Source: Burkholderiales bacterium (GTDB taxonomy: Bacteria; Pseudomonadota; Gammaproteobacteria; Burkholderiales; SG8-41). From it: 64,000 nucleotides of DNA. Position 1 is the first letter of the stretch; every line of letters begins with the position of its first letter. A program made the translations under genes and the position numbers. Shown piece after piece: positions 54,982 to 62,698 of the stretch. Below the pieces are notes generated by a model, which worked only from the letters and a program-made list of their open reading frames with translations, did no database searches and was not told the DNA's origin. Location: contig DATBKZ010000028.1 of assembly GCA_036555615.1 (NCBI GenBank), forward strand, positions 5,212 to 69,211. Direction: 5' to 3'.

Positions 54982-55962
54982 ATGAAGAGCATTCGGTGCG
55001 TCAACCTTCTCGCGCTGGCGCTGGCCGCAGCAGTTGCATGGCCGGTGACGGCGCTGTCCCAGGCCTACCCGAGCAAGCCGATTCGCATCATCGTCCCGTT
55101 CCCGCCTGGCGGGGGCGTCGATTACATCGGGCGGATCGTCGGCAAGGGCCTGTCCGAGCGCTTGCGGGTGCAGGTCATCATCGACAACCGCCCCGGCGCC
55201 AATGCCATTCTCGGGCTGGAAGCGCTGAAGGCCGCGCCGCCCGACGGCTACACGCTCGCCGCGGCTTCCGCCGGACCGCTCGCGGTGAACCCGTTCATCT
55301 ACAAGAAGCTGCCGCACGACACGCTGAAGGACTTCACGCAGATCGCCAACATGGTGAACTATCCCCTGTTGTTGGTCGCCCACCCCTCGCTGCCGGTGAA
55401 GAACGTGAAGGAGCTCATCGCGCTCGCCCGGTCCAAGCCCGGCGAGGTTTCCTACGCCTCGCCCGGCTCCGGCAACTCCTCGCACCTCGCGGGAGAGCTG
55501 TTCAATTCGATGGCGAAGGTGAACATCCTGCACATTCCGTACAAGGGCATGGCGCCCGCCGTCGTATCCGTCGTGTCGGGCGAGGGCCATATCCTCTACA
55601 GCAGCATTCCCCCGATACTCGGGCATGTCCGCGTCGGCCGCGTCCGGGCCCTCGGAGTCGGCAACGCCAAGCGCGTGCCCTCGCTGCCGGAATTCCCGAC
55701 CATATCCGAGGCCGGCCTGCCCGGCTACGAGGCCTACGCCTGGGCCGGCATGATCGGCCCCGCCAACCTGCCGCGGGACATCGTGATGCGTCTCAACAAA
55801 GAAATCGTCGCGATCCTCAGCCAGAAGGACGTGATCGACCGGATGCTCGCCGACGGCACCGTCCCCACGCCCTCCAGCCCGGAGGACTTCGTCGCCTACA
55901 TGAAGTCGGAGCTCGCGAAGTGGGGCGCCGTTGTGAAGATGGCGGGCATCAAGCCGGAATGA
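54982..55962 (+). CDS. Bug/TctC family periplasmic binding protein (orphan)
   Basis: Signal peptide plus AYPSKPIRIIVPFPPGGGVD. ATG 54982 is preceded by GGGAGGGG. Confidence 0.9.
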   Translation: MKSIRCVNLLALALAAAVAWPVTALSQAYPSKPIRIIVPFPPGGGVDYIGRIVGKGLSERLRVQVIIDNRPGANAILGLEALKAAPPDGYTLAAASAGPLAVNPFIYKKLPHDTLKDFTQIANMVNYPLLLVAHPSLPVKNVKELIALARSKPGEVSYASPGSGNSSHLAGELFNSMAKVNILHIPYKGMAPAVVSVVSGEGHILYSSIPPILGHVRVGRVRALGVGNAKRVPSLPEFPTISEAGLPGYEAYAWAGMIGPANLPRDIVMRLNKEIVAILSQKDVIDRMLADGTVPTPSSPEDFVAYMKSELAKWGAVVKMAGIKPE

Positions 55963-56072
55963 TGTCGCGCCCCGCGCATCGTTCCTGAGCTCGCGACGTT
56001 CGTTCCTCGTTACGGCAAGCGCGCCAGGACGCCCCTCTCGCTGCGGCTCCGCCGCGGCCCGCGCATGCCGTT

Positions 56073-56091
56073 TCGTCACAATATCGTCACA
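56073..56091 (+). promoter_or_regulatory. Pho-box-like direct repeat TCGTCACA-ATA-TCGTCACA (11-bp period)
   Basis: An exact 8-bp direct repeat with an AT-rich spacer was read directly, 47 nt upstream of ATG 56138. The GTCA cores and spacing resemble CTGTCATAWAWCTGTCAY. Confidence 0.45.
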
Positions 56092-56137
56092 TGACGGCAA
56101 CGCGATTGACTTGTTCCGCAGCGACAATCGCTTGCGC

Positions 56138-57022
56138 ATGGAAGCTGCGACTTCACGTAAGAACGCCGCCGTTCACGCTGGCCCGGATCTCCCGGGACCG
56201 GACGATGACGACGAGGGGCGGCCCACGCTGCGGTTTCGCGCCATCTTCATCTCCGACGTGCACCTGGGCACGGCGGGATGCCAGGCGACACCGCTCCTCG
56301 ACTTCCTGCGCCACACCGAAAGCGGCGACCTCTTTCTCGTGGGCGACATCATCGATGGCTGGCAGCTGAAGCGCCGCTGGTACTGGCACCAGACCCACAA
56401 CGACGTGGTCCAGAAGGTGCTGCGCAAGGCGCGCAAGGGCACGCGCGTCACCTACATCGCGGGCAATCACGACGAGGCGGTTCGCCAGTTCCTCGGCCTC
56501 GCCTTCGGCGGTATCGACATCCGCGATGAAGCCGAGCACGTCACCGCGGACGGGCGGCGCATGCTGGTCACCCATGGCGATCTCTTCGACGCCGTGGTGA
56601 AGGGCGCCAAGTGGCTCGCCCACGTGGGCGATGCGCTCTATCTCTTCTCGCTCAGGTTGAACCGCTGGTTCAACCATGCGCGCGCGAAGCTCGGGCTGCC
56701 GTACTGGTCGCTCGCCCAGTTCCTCAAGCACCGCGTCAAGAACGCGGTGGGCTACATCACGCAGTTCGAGGATGCGCTGGCCCATGAGGCCCGGCGCCGC
56801 GGCTTCGACGGGGTCATCTGCGGCCACATCCACAAGGCCGAGATCCGCGACATCGGCGGCATCCTCTACTGCAACGACGGCGACTGGGTCGAGAGTCTCA
56901 CGGCGCTGGTCGAGCTGGAGAGCGGGGAGCTGCGGATCATCGACTGGAAGGTTATCGAGGCGCTGCAGCGCAGCGCCCTGGAGGCGGAGGACAATAGGTT
57001 TGCGTATTCTGCTGGTGACTGA
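56138..57022 (+). CDS. LpxH-like metallophosphoesterase (candidate PlcP-type phospholipase C)
   Basis: Calcineurin-like motifs ISDVHLG, GDIIDGW, GNHDE, THGD and CGHIH. The start is either ATG 56138 or TTG 56111. Confidence 0.8.
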   Translation: MEAATSRKNAAVHAGPDLPGPDDDDEGRPTLRFRAIFISDVHLGTAGCQATPLLDFLRHTESGDLFLVGDIIDGWQLKRRWYWHQTHNDVVQKVLRKARKGTRVTYIAGNHDEAVRQFLGLAFGGIDIRDEAEHVTADGRRMLVTHGDLFDAVVKGAKWLAHVGDALYLFSLRLNRWFNHARAKLGLPYWSLAQFLKHRVKNAVGYITQFEDALAHEARRRGFDGVICGHIHKAEIRDIGGILYCNDGDWVESLTALVELESGELRIIDWKVIEALQRSALEAEDNRFAYSAGD

Positions 57023-58028
57023 CGCCTGGGCGCCGCAAGTGAACGGCGTCGTGGTGACGCTCGCGAACACGGTGAAGTGGCTCGAGCGCTGGGGGCACCA
57101 GGTCCAGGTCATCTCGCCGCAGGGGTTTCGCACTCTGCCCTTGCCGACTTACCCCGAGATCCCGCTTGCGATCCTGCCCGGGCGCGAGGTCGCGCGGCGC
57201 CTGCGCGAGTTCGAGCCCGATGCCATCCACATCGCAACCGAGGGCCCGCTCGGCAGCGCCGCGCGCGCACACTGCGTGAAGCACGGCCTCGCGTTCACCA
57301 CGGCCTACCACACCTGCTTTCCGGAGTACGTGAAGCCGCGCCTGGGCGTGCCCCTCGCGTGGACCTACGCTTGGCTGCGGCGCTTCCATGCGCCCTCCTC
57401 CGCGGTGCTGGTAGCGACGCCCGCGATCCGCGAGCTGCTCGAGGCACGCGGATTCCGCAATCTCGCCGACTGGTCGCGCGGCGTCGACACCGAGCTATTC
57501 CATCCCGCGAATCACCGCGCGAGCAGCCTGGCCCGGCCGGTGTTCCTTTACGTGGGACGCGTCGCGGTCGAGAAGAACCTGCCGGCGTTCCTGTCGCTCG
57601 CGCTGCCGGGCACGAAGGTGGTCGTGGGCGACGGGCCGCAACGCAAGGAGCTCGAGAAGCGCTTTCCCGACGCATTGTTCGTGGGAACGAAGATTGGCGT
57701 GGAGCTGGCATCCTACTTCCAGCGCGCCGACGTGTTTGTCTTTCCCAGCCGCACCGATACCTTCGGGCTGGTGCTGGTCGAGGCGATGGCGTGCGGCACG
57801 CCAGTAGCCGCCTTCCCCGTGCGCGGACCGATCGACGTGGTGAAGGACCCGGCAGCCGGCGTGCTGGACAACGACCTCCGGGCCGCCGCGCTGGCGGCGC
57901 TGGCGCTCGACCGCGCCCGGGTGCGGCAATATGCCGAGCGATTTACCTGGGAGCACTGCTCACGGCAGTTCCTGTCGAACCTGGTCCCCGCACGCCGTGG
58001 CGAAGCCGCGCTTGCGGGAGCCGCCTGA
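57000..58028 (+). CDS. GT4-family (GT-B) glycosyltransferase (candidate glycolipid synthase, Agt-like)
   Basis: N-terminus (L/M)RILLVTDAWAPQVNGVV and C-terminal FPSRTDTFGLVLVEAMACGTPVAA (E-x7-E region). TTG 57000 overlaps the upstream gene by 23 nt. Confidence 0.8.
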   Translation: MRILLVTDAWAPQVNGVVVTLANTVKWLERWGHQVQVISPQGFRTLPLPTYPEIPLAILPGREVARRLREFEPDAIHIATEGPLGSAARAHCVKHGLAFTTAYHTCFPEYVKPRLGVPLAWTYAWLRRFHAPSSAVLVATPAIRELLEARGFRNLADWSRGVDTELFHPANHRASSLARPVFLYVGRVAVEKNLPAFLSLALPGTKVVVGDGPQRKELEKRFPDALFVGTKIGVELASYFQRADVFVFPSRTDTFGLVLVEAMACGTPVAAFPVRGPIDVVKDPAAGVLDNDLRAAALAALALDRARVRQYAERFTWEHCSRQFLSNLVPARRGEAALAGAA

Positions 58029-58065
58029 GGATTCCGTGGCGTCGAACGATCCGCCGCAGCAGACG

Positions 58066-58452
58066 ATGGAGAACCCATTCAAGGGCAAGACCGGGCTCGT
58101 CCGGATCGTCCACGCTTTCCTTAACTCGTGCGCGGGACTTGCGGATGCGTGGCGCCACGAAAGCGCCTTCCGCCAGGAGACGCTGCTCGCAGCGATCCTC
58201 GTGCCGGCAGCCCTCTGGATTCCGGCAACGGCCGCCGAGAAGGCGCTCCTCATTGCCAGCGTGCTGCTCGTCATGATCGTCGAGCTGCTCAATACCGGGG
58301 TCGAGGTCGCCATCGACCGCATCTCCTTCGAGCACAACTCGCTCTCGAAGCGGGCCAAGGACATCGGCAGCGCGGCGGTTTTCGTCGCGCTCGTCCTGAT
58401 GGCGGTGGTATGGGGGCTTGTCGCGGGCCCGCGCGTCATGCCTGCATGGTGA
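58066..58452 (+). CDS. dgkA: Diacylglycerol kinase (prokaryotic DgkA type)
   Basis: 128 aa, 3 TM helices. ESAFRQE and VELLNTGVEVAIDRI motifs. Confidence 0.9.
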   Translation: MENPFKGKTGLVRIVHAFLNSCAGLADAWRHESAFRQETLLAAILVPAALWIPATAAEKALLIASVLLVMIVELLNTGVEVAIDRISFEHNSLSKRAKDIGSAAVFVALVLMAVVWGLVAGPRVMPAW

Positions 58453-59557
58453 CGCCGCTCCCGCGCAGCACCCGCCAGAACTGCGCCAGGGCACCCAGCA
58501 TCGTCAGCGCCCACGCGGCAAGGGCGACCCAGATCATGATGCGCGGGACCCACTGCAGCGGCGTGAAATCGGCGGCGAGCGAGAGGCGATAGGTCGCGAC
58601 GGTGTACATGCCGAGCGGGAACACCATGCTCCAGAACATCGGGTGATAGGCCAGCGCCTCTCTCCGCACCACGTATTTCCAGACCCCGAAGATGACCAGC
58701 AGCGGGATCCACCATGTGGCCCAGGCCCACAGTATCAGCGTCGCCCCGTCCACGAACGGACGCAGGTCGAGCAGGAACTGCATGCGGGGATCGGTCAGGA
58801 TGAGCGTCGAGCCGGCGTTCGCGGCTATCGCCGCGGCCCCCATCACAACCCAGAACAGGGGAGTCACGTCCTGCGACACGACACGCAGGAAGAAGAGCCG
58901 GTAGCTGAACAGCGTGATGAAGATGCCGTAGAGCGCGATCCCGATTCCCCACAGGGCATGGATCGTGACGAACGCCAGCGGCGCGAGGGCGCCGAAGTGC
59001 GGCGCAAGGGGGGCGCCGAGCAGTACCAGCGACTCCGTTCCGACGATGGCAATGAGCCAGCCGCCATGGACGACATCGGCGCCGCTGCCCGCATTGAGGA
59101 ACGTGAGAACGCTGAAGCTCAGATAGCTGAGCAGCGTCCAAGTCGCGAGCGCGAGCAGCCAGAGGGCGACGGCAGGCTCCACCATGCCGCGCAGGGCAAG
59201 CTGCAGGCCGAACACGCCGCAAGCGGCGACTATCGTAAAGAAGGAAAACACCAGCCTCGGGTTGCTGAGATCCGCCCAGAACTCGCTCCAGAAGCGCGCC
59301 GCGCGAATCGCCAGAGCAAACAGCAGCAGCGGGAACCCCACGAGATTCACGACGAGCAGAAAGTGCGAGAGTTCCCGGTACTGCAGGAAGAACGCCGCAT
59401 TGGAAACGATGCCGGTCGCCATCACGAGCGCGAAATAACCGGGGTAGAGCTGGCGGATCTCCCGGTCGATGCGGGCGACGAGGGAGCCGGCGCGCCGGTT
59501 CGACGCGCTGGCGACCGCGTCGGATCCAGCGTCGTGCTGGGAGGCGGGGCGGCTCAT
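58436..59557 (-). CDS. TDT/SLAC1 (TehA-like) family anion/dicarboxylate transporter
   Basis: About 10 TM helices, with N-terminal YPGYFALVMATGIVS, typical of the C4-dicarboxylate/malic-acid transporter family. ATG 59557 is preferred (alternatives are 59602 and 59662). Confidence 0.75.
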   Translation of the reverse strand: MSRPASQHDAGSDAVASASNRRAGSLVARIDREIRQLYPGYFALVMATGIVSNAAFFLQYRELSHFLLVVNLVGFPLLLFALAIRAARFWSEFWADLSNPRLVFSFFTIVAACGVFGLQLALRGMVEPAVALWLLALATWTLLSYLSFSVLTFLNAGSGADVVHGGWLIAIVGTESLVLLGAPLAPHFGALAPLAFVTIHALWGIGIALYGIFITLFSYRLFFLRVVSQDVTPLFWVVMGAAAIAANAGSTLILTDPRMQFLLDLRPFVDGATLILWAWATWWIPLLVIFGVWKYVVRREALAYHPMFWSMVFPLGMYTVATYRLSLAADFTPLQWVPRIMIWVALAAWALTMLGALAQFWRVLRGSGVTMQA

Positions 59558-59729
59558 GATCCGTGCTGCCGGGGGTAGGACACCCTGTAGTCTGGAATCC
59601 ATCTTACTACGCCGTGCGGGCCGGACAGGCAATCGCCGTGCGCCCCGTGCCGGGGCGACCACGTCCGTTGCGCGGGGCGCCGCGCTTCCTGGAACGCCCG
59701 GGAAGGCAGGCCGGGGAATCCGTTCTCAT

Positions 59730-59771
59730 TTGACCCAGATCAAGCCGGTCCGGAACGCGAGCAGGTAGCTT
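59730..59771 (+). promoter_or_regulatory. FNR/Anr/Dnr-type box TTGAC-CCAG-ATCAA (59730-59743) with TAGCTT -10 (59766-59771): class II anaerobic promoter of narK1
   Basis: 9/10 match to TTGAT-N4-ATCAA. The -10-like hexamer sits where it is expected if the box is centred at -41.5. About 67 nt upstream of the narK1 ATG. Confidence 0.65.
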
Positions 59772-59803
59772 CCCACAAGTTGAATGGCAGGGGACGACGG
59801 CCG

Positions 59804-61069
59804 ATGGCGACAGAACGGTACAAGCAGTGGTCCGTGGTGACGGCAAGCACGACGGCATTCACAGTCTGTTTCATGGTGTGGATGATGTTCGCCGTCATCG
59901 GCATTCCGATCAAGCAGTCGCTCGATCTCAATGAAACCCAGTTCGGCATACTGGTGGCGACACCGGTGCTCACCGGGTCGCTGATCCGTCTGCCGCTCGG
60001 CATGTGGACCGACCGCTACGGCGGGCGCATCGTATTCTTCATATTGATGCTGTCCACCGTGATCCCGATCTGGATGATTTCGTGGGGCACCGAATTCTGG
60101 CACTTCCTCGCGACCGGCCTCTTCGTCGGCGTGGCCGGAGGCTCGTTCACCGTCGGCATTGCCTATTGCGCGCGCTGGTTCCCGAAGCATCGGCAGGGGC
60201 TCGCCATGGGCATCTTCGGCGTCGGCAATACCGGGGCGGCGGTCACCAAGCTCGTTGCGCCGACCATCGTCGTGGCGTACGGCTGGACGATGGTGCCCAA
60301 GGTCTATGCGGTGCTCATGCTCGCCACGGCGGTGCTGTTCTGGTATTTCTCCTTTACCGACTCGACGCATACAGAAGGCGCCGCCGGGGTGACCGTGAGA
60401 CAGCAACTGATGGCGCTGAAGGACCCCACGGTATGGCGCTACAGCCAGTATTATTCGATCGTATTCGGCGGCTACGTGGCGCTGTCCCTGTGGATGACCA
60501 AGTACTACATATCCGAGTACGGTTTCGACATCCAGCTGGCGGCGCTGCTGGCCGCGGGCTTCAGCATTCCGGGCGGCGTGCTGCGCGCCATCGGCGGCTG
60601 GATCTCGGACAAGCACGGCGCGCATACCGTCACCTGGTGGGTGCTGTGGGTCGGACTGGTCTGCCTGTTCTTCCTGTCCTATCCTCCCACCGATTTCACG
60701 ATTCATACGATCAACGGCCCGAAGACCTTTCATATCGGGCTGGGGCCGACCGTCTTTACCGTGATCATGTTCACCATGGGCATTGCCTTTGCGATCGGCA
60801 AGGCCTCGGTGTTCAAGTACATTTCCGACGATTATCCCCACAACATCGGCGTGGTGTCCGGCGTGGTGGGCCTCGCGGGCGGGCTCGGCGGTTTCATCCT
60901 GCCCATCATGTTCGGCGCGCTCGTGGACCTGACCGGCGTGCGTTCCTCGGCGTTCATGCTGATGTTCGGCATCGTCTGGGTGTCGCTGATGTGGATGTAT
61001 TTCACCGAGGTGCGGCCGATGGGCGAGGAACTGAGCCGCACGCGTCCTGAACCGTCACATTTCACCTGA
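59804..61069 (+). CDS. narK: MFS nitrate/nitrite transporter NarK1-type
   Basis: 421 aa, 12 TM helices. GMWTDRYGGR and GVGNTGAAV motifs of the NNP family. It is the first gene of the nar cluster. Confidence 0.9.
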   Translation: MATERYKQWSVVTASTTAFTVCFMVWMMFAVIGIPIKQSLDLNETQFGILVATPVLTGSLIRLPLGMWTDRYGGRIVFFILMLSTVIPIWMISWGTEFWHFLATGLFVGVAGGSFTVGIAYCARWFPKHRQGLAMGIFGVGNTGAAVTKLVAPTIVVAYGWTMVPKVYAVLMLATAVLFWYFSFTDSTHTEGAAGVTVRQQLMALKDPTVWRYSQYYSIVFGGYVALSLWMTKYYISEYGFDIQLAALLAAGFSIPGGVLRAIGGWISDKHGAHTVTWWVLWVGLVCLFFLSYPPTDFTIHTINGPKTFHIGLGPTVFTVIMFTMGIAFAIGKASVFKYISDDYPHNIGVVSGVVGLAGGLGGFILPIMFGALVDLTGVRSSAFMLMFGIVWVSLMWMYFTEVRPMGEELSRTRPEPSHFT

Positions 61070-61088
61070 GAACCGAAAGAAGAACGCG

Positions 61089-62507
61089 ATGGCAGCCGAG
61101 ACTCCGAGCAGCAAGCCCGCAGGGCGGGTGCTGAGAATCTGGACACCCGAGGACAAGACCTTCTGGGTGCAGGAGGGCCAGGCGATCGCCACGCGCAACC
61201 TGTGGATTTCGGTGCCGGCGCTGTTCCTGGCGTTCGCGGTGTGGCAGCTGATGAGCGTAGTCGCGGTCAAGCTGCCGCAGATCGGATTCACGTTCACGAC
61301 CAACCAGCTGTTCTGGCTCGTGGCGGCCCCGGCCCTGTCGGGCGCCACGCTGAGGATCTTCTATTCGTTCATGGTGCCGATTTTCGGCGGGCGCAGGTGG
61401 ACCGCGATCTCCACCGCCTCGCTACTGATTCCGGCGGTGGGCATCGGCATCGCCGTGCAGGACCCGGCCACCAGCTACGCGACGATGCTGATCCTCGCCC
61501 TGCTGTGCGGCTTCGGCGGCGGCAATTTCTCCTCGTCAATGGCGAACATCAACTTCTTCTTCCCGAAGGAGCGCAAGGGCTCGGCGCTCGGCGTCAACGC
61601 CGGTCTCGGCAACCTGGGAGTGTCCTCCATGCAGTTCCTGGCGCCGCTCATGATTACCGTGGGCATACTCGGCATCTTCGGCGGCGATCCCCAGACCGCC
61701 GTCGACCGCGGCGCCGGCACGCAGGCCACGGTCTGGATTCAGAACGCGGCGTTCATCTGGGTGCCCTGGATCGCCGTCGCCGCCATTGCCGCCTGGATCG
61801 GCATGAACGACATCGCCGATGCCAAGGCGTCGTTCTCCGAGCAGGCGGTGATCTTCAAGCGCAAGCACAACTGGATCATGTGCTGGCTCTACCTCGGCAC
61901 CTTTGGCTCGTTCATCGGCTATTCCGCCGGGTTCCCGCTCCTCATCAAGTCGCAGTTTCCGCAGATCAACGCGCTGCAATACGCCTGGCTCGGGCCGTTT
62001 GTCGGCGCCATCATAAGGCCGTTCGGCGGCTGGCTGGCCGACAAGCTCGGCGGTGCGGCGGTGACGTACTGGAACTTCATCGTCATGGCGATTGCAGTGG
62101 GCGGTGTCCTCTACTTCCTGCCCACCGGCCCGTCGCACGGCAATTTTGCCGGCTTCCTGGCAATGTTCATGGTGCTCTTTCTGACGACCGGCATCGGCAA
62201 CGGCTCGACGTTCCGCATGATCCCGGTGATTTTCCTGACCGAACGCCAGCGCGCAGCCGCCGGCAAGGACGCGGCGGCGCAGGAGCAGGCAGTCAGGGAC
62301 GCCAACAAGGAAGCCGCCGCCGTGCTCGGTTTCTCCGCCGCGATGGCCGCCTACGGCGGGTTCTTCATTCCGAAGAGCTACGGCACCTCGATCGAGCTCA
62401 CGGGCGGGCCCGAAGGCGCCTTGTATTTGTTCATCGTGTTCTACCTGACCTGCATCGCGATCACCTGGTGGTATTACGCGCGCAGAAACGCCGAAATGCC
62501 CTGCTAG
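61089..62507 (+). CDS. narK: MFS nitrate/nitrite antiporter NarK2-type
   Basis: 472 aa. NNP family motifs GGGNFSSSMANINFFFP and NAGLGNLGVS. Directly upstream of narG. Confidence 0.9.
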   Translation: MAAETPSSKPAGRVLRIWTPEDKTFWVQEGQAIATRNLWISVPALFLAFAVWQLMSVVAVKLPQIGFTFTTNQLFWLVAAPALSGATLRIFYSFMVPIFGGRRWTAISTASLLIPAVGIGIAVQDPATSYATMLILALLCGFGGGNFSSSMANINFFFPKERKGSALGVNAGLGNLGVSSMQFLAPLMITVGILGIFGGDPQTAVDRGAGTQATVWIQNAAFIWVPWIAVAAIAAWIGMNDIADAKASFSEQAVIFKRKHNWIMCWLYLGTFGSFIGYSAGFPLLIKSQFPQINALQYAWLGPFVGAIIRPFGGWLADKLGGAAVTYWNFIVMAIAVGGVLYFLPTGPSHGNFAGFLAMFMVLFLTTGIGNGSTFRMIPVIFLTERQRAAAGKDAAAQEQAVRDANKEAAAVLGFSAAMAAYGGFFIPKSYGTSIELTGGPEGALYLFIVFYLTCIAITWWYYARRNAEMPC

Positions 62508-62698
62508 CCCAATGGTCTTCGATGGCGCGCGGGGAGATCCGGGCCGGGGGCGTTTCGCGCCGGGAATTCGCGCGCGAGGGACGCGATGCCGTGTTGAAAA
62601 AGCGCGGTTCGAAGCGTAATTTAGGGGACGGCGATATCTTCGCGCCGCGCGCGCCGGCGCCCCGGTTCCCGCACTGGACCACCTGATAGGGGAAGACC

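Noticed and set aside
57960-59222. 420-aa minus-strand ORF, and 59726-60841 (371 aa, minus), 60004-61050 (348 aa, plus), 61202-62686 (494 aa, plus) around the TehA-like and narK genes
   Set aside because: These are alternative frames or antisense to polytopic transporters that have clear 10-12 helix patterns and family motifs. The competing translations are Arg/Pro/Gly/His-rich and non-hydrophobic.
62508-62698. NarL/NarP heptamer (TACYYMT) sites or a regulatory element in the 191-bp narK2-narG spacer
   Set aside because: I could not find convincing TACYYMT heptamers or a paired 7-2-7 arrangement by eye. The spacer is simply GC-rich, with an SD (GGGGAAG) before the narG ATG.
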